Positions 28,511-44,155 of a stretch of 64,000 nt of DNA are shown piece by piece; the stretch's first letter is position 1; every line of letters begins with the position of its first letter. Origin of the DNA: the human T2T-CHM13v2.0 reference genome, Homo sapiens. The stretch is from NCBI RefSeq assembly GCF_009914755.1, contig NC_060931.1, one strand, 5' to 3'. A model generated the notes under the pieces. That model searched no databases, had not been told where the DNA came from, and saw only the letters and a program-made list of their open reading frames with translations. Made by a program: the position numbers and the translations under genes.

Positions 28511-29771
28511 CATGACTGGACAATCTATTTACATCAGTATGGACTCGTGTACTTATTCTATGGATGAAAATGCAATATTATCATTATTTTTGTGGTTGCT
28601 AAAATTGGTCCAGTTCTTAGGAGCTCCTTCAGGTAGGTTCCCGTGCTTTGAACAGGTTTTCATCTTTTTAAGCACTTCATTACTTTCTGGCACCACAAGA
28701 TGATCTAGGCTTACCTTGTATTTTCTCTGCACCAGTCCCGTAAGGAACTACTTCTCAAGGAGCCCTGGTTCCTTTCATTGAAGAGCAATGGTTGGAGACC
28801 AAGATCTAAGCACTAGGTATTCTCAATGCTACTGGGGTGTCATTGTTTCTATGCCCTCTCAGGGGATAGAGGTAGGAAATACACATATTCAAATTAACTC
28901 ATACATATGCACACATCTATATTTCTGTATGTCTGTGTAAATATTAAAAAACATGAGTTTATTTTCATACTTCTGATCTCAACACTACAGCATGACTGTA
29001 CAGTTCTTTTTGCCTCTAGTTTTATGTTATTTAATCAAGACACTATTTTCTACAGTTACTTAGGTGAGTTCTTTCCCTCCCTATCCTCTTTTATGTGAAT
29101 TTTACTATTCCTTTTTGGGTTCTCCTGCATCTGGGTAGGTGGTAATTGCTTATTTGGTCTCCCACATCCTGGTTGGTGGCAATTGCATAGAAGCATTTAA
29201 AACATTCCTATGGTTCTAAGAATCAGAGTTATACTGACAAATATACTCTGAGAAGTGCCACTCACATTTCATCCATGCTACACAGATCTCCACTCCCTTC
29301 TTCTCCCTCCCACTCCCTACAGGTAACCAATCTCTAGTTTCTGATTTATCTGCATGGTACTCCATTATATGGCTATATGGATGTAACACAGTTTATTCAA
29401 ACCTTCTCCTCTGTGTGGGCATTTAGTTTGTTTCCAATATTTCGCAAATTAAATAATACTATAATTAATAACATTAAGTAATACATAATTTGTATTGTTA
29501 GAGGCATATTCAGCATAGATTCCTAGAATAATTGAGAGGTAAATGCATACAGTTTGTTAGGTATCACCAAATTTCCCTCCAAAAGATGTGTACCAATTTG
29601 CATCTGCAGCAGCAAAGAATGAGAGTACCTGTTTCCCCACAGCCCTGTCAACAAATGTGTTGTTTTATGTTTGAATTTTTGCCAGTGAGACAAGTCTTCC
29701 TTTCTTGAGACAAAGTTCTAGCTAACTGGTCCATCTTGTGCCTATTTGATAATGAAGAATAATGAACAAAA

Positions 29772-30310
29772 GCCAGGCGTGGTGGCACATGCCTATAATC
29801 CCAGTACTTCGGGAGGATGAGGTGGGAGTATCGCTTAAGCTCAGGAGATAGAGACTAGCCTGGACAACACAGCAGAACCTAGCCTCTACAAAAAATTTAA
29901 AAACTAGTTAGGCGAGGTGGCGCATGCCTGTGGTCCCGGATATTCGGGAGGCTCGGGGGAGAACTGTTTGAGCCTGGGAAGCCAAGGGTGCCAATGAGCC
30001 GTGATCATGCCACTGCTCTCCAGCCTGGACAACAGGGTGAGACCCTGGAAATAAGGGAGGAAAGAAGAGGAAGGAAGGAAAGAAGAGGGAGGAAGGAAGG
30101 AAGGAAGGAAGGAAGGAAGGAAGGAAGGAAGGAAGGAAGGAAGGAAGGACGGTAGGAAGGAAGGAAGGAAGAAAGAAAGGAAGGAAGGAAGGAAGGAAGG
30201 AAGACGAAGGACAGAAGAGGAAGGAAAGAGGGAGGGAGGGAGGGAGGGAAGGAGAGAGGGAGAGAGGGAGGGAAGGAGGGAGGAAGGGAGGGGAGAAGGA
30301 AGAAGGACAA
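29772..30310 (+). mobile_element. AluJ whose tail is a ~260-bp purine tract including (GGAA)14 at 30091-30146
   Basis: Read directly. Confidence 0.93.
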
Positions 30311-31287
30311 AACAAACAACCGTACAAATGGCGACACAAAACTGACACTCCTGTGAGTTTTGAGTGATTCAATCTAGTGGAGAGGTAAAGATTTGACAGA
30401 GTTACCACTAGATCCCTTCTAATCCCCACATGGTCTACCAACTCCAAGTACTCAATCTGCATTTAACTTGCTTAGGCCCACCAAATTCTAATGCCTAAAC
30501 AAAGTCGGAAGGGATGCAATGTCTCCTAAGGGCTTGTGATTCCTCTGCCAGTGGTAGGACACAGTCTTCATCTCTAAATACCATTTAATTATTAATCAGT
30601 AAGAACAAAAATGGTAACTTCTGTCCAAAAGGGACAGAGTGAGGCAAGTTTTCTTTTAACTACCTTCCTAGCAAACAGAGGTAGGAAATACATGGACACA
30701 TACAAACTCATGCAAATACATACACCTACATTTCTGTACTAAGTATCAAACACTACGAGTTTATATTGATTCCTCTGGTTCTAATCCACCACCAAAAAGC
30801 TCATTTAGCCTTTGTTACCTTCCCTGTAATACTTTTCACTGTCACAAAATAGCCCAAAATAAAAATTACTTTTATGAAGTAATTCATAAAACAGATGGTT
30901 TTCACTGAAATATCATTGTCTTAATCCAGTCTCTAAGAATGTTCAGGCTGGGGAAAATACTATTATGCATTAAACTGTTCAAAATTTGATGACATATACA
31001 CTTTAATGTAAAATTTCCAAAACAAGCACTCTGACTTCACTACTCTTGAGGTGATGCTTACTCATCTATGTAAATCAGTTCATTTTGATAATCCAAGTAA
31101 AGCTAATGTTCTAATGATTGAATTTTTACTTGAATCTAAGTCCTTGTCTCAACTATACTTTTGAAAGCTTTGCCTATGTTCTATCTATTAAAGCCCATAT
31201 AGTTTCTAAGGTCAAAATTTCCAGTTTTAATATTCCATTGGAAGGGCTGTCTCACTTCTCCCAAATATACTTGTTAAAAACCAAAGG

Positions 31288-31748
31288 GGCCAGGCACAGT
31301 GGCTTACACCTGTAATCCCAGCACGTCAGGAGGCCAAGGCAGGCAGATCACCTGAGGTCAGGAGTTCAAGATCAGGCTGGCCAACGTAGTGAAACCACAT
31401 CTCTACTAAATATACAAAAATTAGCCGGTGTGGTGGCACGAGCCTATAATCCAATCTACTCAGGAGGCTGAGGCGGCAGAATCACTTGAACCCAGGAAGC
31501 AGAGGTTGCAGTGAGCTGAGATCATGCCACCACACTCCAGCCTGCACAACACAGCAAAACTCCTCTCAAAAAAAAAAAAAAAAAAAAAAAAAAAGGAAGG
31601 CCAGGCACAGTAGCTCACAACTAAACTCCCAGCACTTTGAGAGGCCAAGAAGAGAAGAGAGGATCCCTTGGGTCCAGGAGTTTGAGACCAGCCTGGGCAA
31701 CATGGTGAGACCCCATCTCTACATTTTAAGAAAAAAGAAAAAGAAAAG
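31288..31748 (+). mobile_element. AluS (31288-31593) plus Alu left monomer (31599-31748)
   Basis: Alu consensus. Confidence 0.92.
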
Positions 31749-32175
31749 CAATTTGTAGACAGCAAAGCAGTATCACTTCACAGAGTTTGCTGTCTTTATA
31801 GATGGGAGGAAGCCGTTTCATTTGCATTTGTTTCAAAATTACATGAAAATCACAGGAAAAGCTCTGAAAAATGGCAGACTATGCACATATTACTTTGATA
31901 CAATGCAATAAAGATGAACTGAACTGCTGACCGAACTAAAAAAATTTTTTTAATCACTTTTTAAAATATCAAACAGAGGTAGTCCACATTATGGACTAAT
32001 GACCTTCAAATCTTTTCAAATATTTTCTTTCATTTTAAATCATTATCAAATAGTTTTGTCTTAAAAAGTTACCACATGAATGTATAAGCATAGTGCAAAA
32101 TTTTCATTTCTAAAATTTTAATTTCTAATTTAAATGTAAACTACTTATTTTAAAAGATTCAAGTTCACTGAGTAA

Positions 32176-32714
<539 letters not shown>

Positions 32715-32859
32715 TAGAATTTCTCTTAATAAAAATTAATAATTTCCTATTTTGAGAGCTTTTACACTACAGCAATCATTTAATAATCCTTTCAAGTGAA
32801 CTTCTGATTAAAGTGAATGTTATAAAACTATGATTTAAATATTTGCTTTGTCTACTTAC

Positions 32860-32969
32860 TTCTGTGCTCCCTGAGACAACAGCTTTGTCCACGTTCACTA
32901 ACAATGGTTCTTCCATCTGGCATACTCCTAGTGACCACTCCACACAACGGTGATGAGCCCAACAAGTGC
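32860..32969 (-). CDS. KMT2C: KMT2C exon 6 (110 nt): (G)TCWAHHRCVEWSLGVCQMEEPLLVNVDKAVVSGSTE
   Basis: Acceptor cccattttag|GCACT, donor ACAGAA|gtaagt; ends phase 0; HxxC motif of the ePHD; inside ORF 32776..33237. Confidence 0.97.
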
Positions 32970-33099
32970 CTAAAATGGGAAAAATGAAAAGGAGCAAATG
33001 AGCAAACATTAAAAAAATTAAAGCTAATAAATAAAGACATAAAACTTCAAAATCAACTCTAATATGTAAATATACAATGGCATCCTGTATTTGTGATAG

Positions 33100-33945
<846 letters not shown>

Positions 33946-34691
33946 ATTAGTGATTATTTCTTCAACAAACAAAATTAGTTTTTAGTCATTTTATTTAAAT
34001 ATTATATATGTATTTGATATGTTTCTGGTATCTTTATATAAAGCAAACAAAGTATTACTTAGTACTTTGTTGAGGTGATATACAAAGGAAATGTATAGAA
34101 AATAAACTACACATACACCTCTACTTCCCTCATCCCACAGTGAGAGCACGTATCAATGATTATTAACACTTCAGCCTTTAAATTATCCATCACATAACAC
34201 TTGAACCACTATCAGTCAATCTGCAGTTCAACTACAGAATGAGATGTACTTTAAATTCCAGTAGCACCATATCATGAGTGCTGAGTTACAATACTGTTAT
34301 AATAAGATAATCTACCCGGCTAAGACCTATTTTCATTCATGCCCAAATAAAATAGACTCAGAATGCCACATTCCCCAAGTTCTCACTTTAAAATTTTCCC
34401 CTTTAAAATTTTCTCTTTTCTCAATTGTCAGATCTCCATGGCACCGCTATCTACACAAGAAAAAATACAAGTATTTTAAAAAGCATCCAGTCCGGTGGTG
34501 GTACTGTACAGATTTTAAATAGATAAACCTTTTCTTTTACCTAACCAGGCATATTTAATAATGATTTTTTTATAGTATGATTATAATTATTTCTAGATGA
34601 AAGGTATTTATTATTGAGGACATTAATAATGTATTAAAATTAAAATGCTTCCAGAATTAAGAGGCAGTCATTATTGAAAACATGCCCATAC

Positions 34692-34840
34692 CTGTAGAAT
34701 CAAATAAGGCTTGGATATCAATGGCATCTGGAAGCCCAACCAGACTGAGTTCATCCCACAGTTTACCAGCTTGATCATCTGAAGCTGTCTGGGTGCTTAC
34801 ACTTACACAAGATACTATATTCTGCTGAGGAGATCGTTCT
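34692..34840 (-). CDS. KMT2C: KMT2C exon 5 (149 nt): ERSPQQNIVSCVSVSTQTASDDQAGKLWDELSLVGLPDAIDIQALFDST(G)
   Basis: Acceptor ttttattttcag|AGAAC, donor CTACAG|gtatgg; inside ORF 34657..34878. Confidence 0.97.
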
Positions 34841-37800
34841 CTGAAAATAAAATAAAATAACTGTGAAAGTGAAAACAAGCAGAAAATTGTTTCATTTTTA
34901 ACTGTTTAAATGCAATGTACTGCCAAATCAATTTTAATTTATCAGCCATTAACTGTCATAAAACAACTTTTAGAATTCATCTGTTAGTATTATCCATGGT
35001 ATAATATTAAACTGGGTTGCCATATTATATCGTATAAGTAACAAGTAAGAAAAAGAGTCTCCAAACCCACAGGGAAGTATTAAATTGTAAATTTGTTTTT
35101 CCATTCCATAATATAATGTTTTTAAAACCAACTCTCATATCCTAGTCAGGAATTGTATTTAACACATAAACTGAGTATTTCCTTTGGCTTTACTTAAACG
35201 CTTACAAAACAAAACTTGATCAAATCAGAAATGTTTAGTCTGCTGTATCTTGACTGAGGACTGCCACAACAGAGGTGGCAGTTAACTGTGTAAAGAAAGG
35301 ATATTTTCCAGGGAAAATGAAAACCCACTACAGAGTGTGAAAACAGAGGCAGGAGGAATGGAATGTATCAGCTGTAGCTTTCTTATGGTCCCGTCAACAA
35401 ATCTCAACAGCTGGTCTGTGGCATGACGTTGCAAGTACTCTCAATCAAGACTGTATGTCACAAATTGGAAGTAAAAAGCAAAAGCAAAATAGCTACCAAA
35501 GGCATGTAGAATAAGGAAGATAGTATAACAGCAAAAACTATAGTCTAAAAAAAGAACATTGAATAAAGTAAACAACATATGGGAGATTTCAGGCTTTCAA
35601 GGTCTAACACTTTAGGTATTATTTAAGACCATTAAATAAATAAAAATGGCTATTGTACTTAATTATTAAATATGGGAAATCAGATGACTACCACTAAAAC
35701 TTAAATCTTCTCCTAATATCATAGTATTTAACCTGATCATAATTCTGGATTAAATCACTATTGAATATAGATCATAACTCACTGCACTTCTGTATGCTGG
35801 ATATTTATCATGATTCCTATTAAGAGAAAATCAGCACAATGACCAGGGTACTAAACATTTTTATACCTGGAATCATTGAAAGAAAAAAAGTATTAACATA
35901 TTTCAATAAGTACATTTAAATATCAAACCATATAAAAATAACCAGTAATGTTTTTATGTTCAGCATTAGAAATGCATAGACTTTTTTTAAAAGGTATAGC
36001 ATGCTATGCTAACTTTAAATTCTCATTTTAATAAATGCCCACAGTAAAATGAGAACAAATTCTTTCCTATAAGTATAATCTCTATTCCTACAAATATATG
36101 CTCCATTACAAATCATTGTTATTTTATTGGGAGAAAAAAAAAAGACCAACAGTTCATCTATAACTACTAAATGTTGTTTTAGCATACTGTTTTGCACTAG
36201 TATTTGATGAGGGAAAGGGGTGTAAAAAAACCAAGAGAATGACTAATTTATTACTAATCAGGTCCTAACCAGCAGCTTAATCAAATTCAACCTTCAAGTT
36301 TTGAGACTGGTTTGTATGTATATACCATATCAGTAAGATATCAATGTCAACACTAAGGATGACAGCAGCCCAGCTTAGAAAGAGATATCAAGAGGAATCA
36401 GCTGAAATGCATACCCACAAAATTCTTAGTTATAAAACAAAAAAAGGAAAAAAATTCTTGATTTTTTTATTTAGTGAAAATGAGCAAAGACATTTTCAAA
36501 ACCTTTGTAAAATTGTTTTTTAAATTAACTAGCTATTTAAACTTCATTAGCAACATACATTTTGTAAATATTTGAAATCATTACCAAGCTAAATTAATTG
36601 CCTACCCTTCAATGATGCCAAATTTTTAAGTGTACTTCATTAACTGCCATATTATCATTACTTATTAAGTTGGTAAGCACTAAGTATATATAAAGACTTT
36701 CGTTTAACAAAGGCTATTTTTATATAATTATCTGAGCTCATAAGAATTTTCACTAAAAATTAATTTCACTTTTAAAACAAGGAAATGAAACCAATTCCAT
36801 TTCTCAGGAGAGGATTTTATATAATTGCCATTATTTAAGGCAGAACATGAGGATATAAGATACAGCCTGATTCACTCCATTAAATTTGCTAATAGACATT
36901 TTAAGTTTGCTGGCCTTTTGATTATTTTATTAAGATGTGTGTACTCAACTGACAACTAAAGAAAAAGCTATAGCCTCCAAAACATCACAACTCTCCAAAT
37001 ATAGTACTTCTAAGTTTCCTTAAACTGTTCCACCTTAAATTCTTTTAAAAGATTCTCCCTCTTTTTATTGTTTCATTTCCTACTTCAGGTCTTCAAGGCA
37101 TTGGCAGCAGTTCAAAACAATGAGCCAATCAAATAAGTACAACACAACAATGATTTAGTACTTAAATTTGGATATAAGCCAGATAAGCACTTGAGTGATT
37201 ACATCATAACCCTCAAGAGGCAGTGTTAGCTTTGCAAGCTAAATTAATTTTTACACATTCTCATCAACTACAGAAACTTCTACTCCCTTAACCAGCACAG
37301 CCAAGTCTCCATATTAATATGGTCTTTAAACACAACTGTACAAAATATTTTAAACTATATCAGACAAGACCTTTAGGTAATTACAATGTGCCCGTGAATA
37401 CAGACATACACACATCATTACAAAAAAAAAATTCCTTAAAAAAGAAAAAAGCATCTTCTGGGAGGGAAGGCAGGGGAGGGAGGGAGGGAAGAATGTATAG
37501 GACAGTGCAACATTTTCTGAAGCACACAAACTTATATATAAATTAAATAAATGACTGAATGGATTGATGAATGAATGACACAAAAGACATGAGTAGTGAA
37601 AACCAATTCTGGATTTGCTATTGTATTATGTTATATTCTTAAAATTAAAAGCTTATTTAGAGAAACAAAAGAAGGACTTTATTGATCTGTTTTATTATTA
37701 CATTATTTCCATTTATAAATTCCATGAACTCCCTCCCTCTCAGCTTGTGTTATGTTCTTTGAAGTTTTCTTCCAAAAGTTTAGTTTTGTGATCACACCGC

Positions 37801-38031
37801 TTTCATATACAATTAATATAAACTTTTTAAAAAATAACAAGAAAAATTTGTGAAAAGGATAGTTTGTTGGATTAATTGGGTTAATGGTGAGTCAGAGTAT
37901 CCCATAAATGTGGAGAACAGGAGAAACTGTTCAACAAGAACAATCCCATTTGAAAATTTATAAACATTATAATGGAAATAAATTATATGCAGTCTTAATC
38001 TATTCCAACATTTAAAGTCGAAACTGCTTAC

Positions 38032-38232
38032 TTTCTCTGTCCTCTTTGTTTTCGTGGTGCTGAGTTTTGCATTTTCTCATAGGTTCCATTGCTGTTGTCA
38101 TCAATGTCCTTCTTGTTAGAAGGTTGGTTTCTCCATGGCAAGATAAATCCAGGCGTTATTCTGAATTGTTTTAAGTCTCCTTGTCCTAAGGAACTTTTTT
38201 CCCCACAGTAACAAAAAGCGCAGAGCTGTTCA
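38032..38232 (-). CDS. KMT2C: KMT2C exon 4 (201 nt): EQLCAFCYCGEKSSLGQGDLKQFRITPGFILPWRNQPSNKKDIDDNSNGTYEKMQNSAPRKQRGQR(K)
   Basis: Acceptor catttttactag|TGAACAG, donor AGAAA|gtaagc; symmetric phase 2-2; contains the CxxC of the pre-PHD zinc knuckle. Confidence 0.97.
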
Positions 38233-38553
38233 CTAGTAAAAATGAAATGTAAGTCAGAGAAGGAGAAAAGTAGCTTTATTCAACTGCTTTAAGCGATAAC
38301 TATAGATACTTGTGCTTTTAAATTATGTCTAAAGCACAAGCTAAGCTTTTCAATCTATTTTCTACAGTCTATTCAGTGATTACCCATAAGAACAATTAAG
38401 TTTAATAATTATACATTTGGAATTCTACTTTTCCATAGCATTTTAAAAAGTAGTACACATATCAAATCCAAAAAATTCTAGTTAGCAGTTAGAAAAGTTA
38501 TTTTCTTTTATATTTGACTAGAAAAAAATCCAAGTAAGAAAGCTAAAGGTGGG

Positions 38554-38821
38554 GGCCAAGCACGGTGGCTCATGCCTGTAATCCCAGTACTCTGGGAGGT
38601 GGAAGTTCGAGACCAGCCTGTCCAACGTGGTGAAACCCCATCTCTACTAAAAATACAAAAATTAGCTGGGTGTGGTGGCACACCCCTGTAATCCCAGCTA
38701 CTCGGGTGGCTGAGGCACCTCGCTTGTATCCGGGAGGTAGAGGTTGTAGTAAGCTGAGATTGAACCACTGCACTCCAGCCTGGGTGACAGAGCAAGACTC
38801 TGTCTCAGGAAACAAAAAAAA
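38554..38821 (+). mobile_element. Alu with left-arm internal deletion
   Basis: Alu consensus; ~320 bp from the exon 4 acceptor. Confidence 0.93.
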
Positions 38822-40618
38822 TGCAAGTTAAAAATGGGAAAGAAGGTAGAGTTTAGTAGCCACCCAACTGTATGACAGTTCTGTAAAACATATGGTGACA
38901 GTTTTATTTAACCACTTGATAGAACGTTCATTATGCATGATATATATATACCACACACATGCATACACACGGGGAGATATAAAAATATAAACTTAAATAG
39001 TTCCTGGGTTGAGTGGTAGTAGATTTTTAGGGAAGCAGAAGAGCTGAACTGGAAGAAGGAAAGGGATGATTAGGAGCAAAGGGGATTTTTTAGGCCAGTG
39101 AAACCATTTTATATGATACTATAATGGTAGATACTGAGCCCTAATGTAAACTATGGACTGTAGTTAAAAATAATGTATCCATATTGGTTTACCAACTGTA
39201 ACACAGCACACAATACTAATCATGAGGGAAACTGCTGGGGGTAGAGGTGGGAGAATGAGCTCAATTTTTGTGTAAACCTAAAAATGCTCTAAGTCTATTA
39301 ATAAAAAAGGAGAAAACATTAAAAAATTAAGAGACAACAATCAATATACATATATAGAATATACACTTACTAAGAGATCTTAGAAAGAATGAAATTAAAA
39401 GGACTGCTTCCTCTTGATTATATTTACACTTCACAAGATATTTACTGCTGCTATACCCAAATCCTCCTTCTTGGGCATTAAAGTTACCTCTACAGTATTT
39501 ACCCCATGATCTTACATATCTTGCATTACCAGGTGATAGAACTAACCTATAGCCTTTTGAGGTGACTTTTTAAAACTTAGGTTTAAATCATATTGGACTC
39601 TCAACTAATTACTTTTATCAAAATTAGCTTTGTTTTTGTAATAAATTACCTATTTCAAGTTCATGAGAAACTATGTTGTCTGCTGGTACCGAGACATACA
39701 CAAATTAAATGTAGTGTAATTTCAAAAAAAAAAATCAAGTCAAGTTGAAAAAGAAAATTTCTTCTTTCCAAAAAGAGACCACCACCTTATGCTTTGCCAG
39801 TATCTTACTATCCCCTTATTTGTAATTTTCTCTGAGCTATTAAGCTTACATTTATTTCACCATATCCCATTTCTGGTTTGTTTCTTCCCCTAGAAACACT
39901 ACCCATGAGAAGCAACAATCAGATTGACATTAGTCTTATCAACATTGATTGTAACAGCACTGATTAGAAAATGGAGCAATATTTTAAAGCTATTGCAGAA
40001 AAATACCTTAGCATTCAATTTTATATTCAAAACTATCGCTTAAATGTGAAGGTATAATAAAATTACTCTCTGGCTTAGAAGACCTCAGAAATTTTGCCAG
40101 ACAACAGATCAAAAATGAAAATACTTTTAGAGAAGTACTTAAATTATTAAAGAATTAGAAAAGGTTGTATGAAGTAAGGGAGGTCAAACACCTCAGAGTA
40201 ATTTATTGTTGACTTTTTTTTAATACGAGGTCAAGGGAAATTTCTAGCTTTTGGTCTGGCTGTAGAAAGCTGCAAACAACATTGTGCCCAACCACACAAC
40301 ATAACCCAACCAGAGAATCTGCAAATTCACTTTTCTGAAACCCATCAGAGGGCAGAAATCACAAGGCAACCAACTCACCACCAAATGAAAGACACTTCCA
40401 TAAAGAAATGTGACAATAGCACCTCTGAGGAAGAGGCCACTGATATCATACCAGCAGGGTGATAAGAACTCAGTAAAAATTTTTAAGAAATTGCTAGAAG
40501 CCAAGTGTGAAACACAGTGAGACTATGTTAACACCTGTGACCAAAGACAGGGGAATTCTAACCCACACAAAGGCTCCTCTTCATGTACCTCATTAGATGT
40601 CACGCACTACAGCAACTC

Positions 40619-41739
<1,121 letters not shown>

Positions 41740-42045
41740 CTAACAAAATGATGAATAGTATAATAGATATCGATCATAACCATATACTCAGACCAACATG
41801 AATCTGGTCTCAAAATGAATCTCGAATCTGAAAGAGATGGTTAAGCATCTCCAATCTGAAAATCCAAAATCTGAAATGCTCCGAAATTCAAAACTTTTTA
41901 AGCACCAACATGATATCACAAGTAGAAAATTTCACACCTAAGTACTTAATATAAACTTTGTTTCAAGCATAAAATTACTTAAATATTCTATAAAATTACC
42001 TTCAGGCTATGTGTATAAGGTATATACGAAACATAAATGAATTTC

Positions 42046-43442
<1,397 letters not shown>

Positions 43443-43845
43443 TGTCCCAAGCATTTTGGATAGGAGAAACTCAACCTGAGTTTCTCAGAACAAAACTGGA
43501 AGACTAAAAAAATTAAATCAACAACAGTGGAAGATTTTAATTATTTTTCTCAGAAAATACTATGTCAAACCAATAAAAATTAAGTATTGAACATCTTTAT
43601 TGTTCATTATTTATTAATTACCTGAGCATAATAAATTAGTTTGAGATACTATATTCAGCTCTATCTACAACTAACGGTTCACATTCTTTTCAAGTATATT
43701 AAAATATTTCAAGAGTGGATTACATAGTAGGCCATAAAAGAATACATGATACATAGCAAGTGACCAACATCATGCAGGCAACATTCTCTGACAATAATGC
43801 AGTAAAACTAAAAATGTATAATAAATGGATAACTTAAAATCTTCT

Positions 43846-44155
43846 GGCCAGGTGCAGTGGCTCATGCCTATAATTCCAACACTTTAGGAGGCTGAGGCAG
43901 GTGGATCACCTGAGGTCAGCAGTTTGAGACCAGCCTGACCAACATGGCGAAACCCCGTCTCTACTAAAAATACAAAAGTTAGCTGGGTATGGTGGCACAC
44001 GCCTGTAGTCCCAGCTACTCAGGAGGCTGAGGCAGGAGAATCGCTTGAACCTAGGAGGTGGTGGTTCCAGTGAGCCAAGATCGCACCATTGCATAGCCTG
44101 GGCAACAGAGCAAGACTCCCTTTCAAGAAAATAAATAAATAAATAAATAAATAAA
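43846..44155 (+). mobile_element. AluS
   Basis: Full dimer, (TAAA)n tail. Confidence 0.94.

Noticed and set aside
28706-28720. Strong minus-strand donor CAAG|gtaagc (similar sites near 58335 and 61970)
   Set aside because: No convincing paired acceptor at exon distance
29908-30462. 184-aa ORF and similar low-complexity ORFs at 46475-46777 and 52406-52705
   Set aside because: Stop-free only because they cross purine/pyrimidine microsatellites
35260-35282. actgccac-N7-gtggcagt hairpin / CTCF-like AGGTGGCAG
   Set aside because: An 8-bp stem is expected by chance and the 5' half of the CTCF motif does not match
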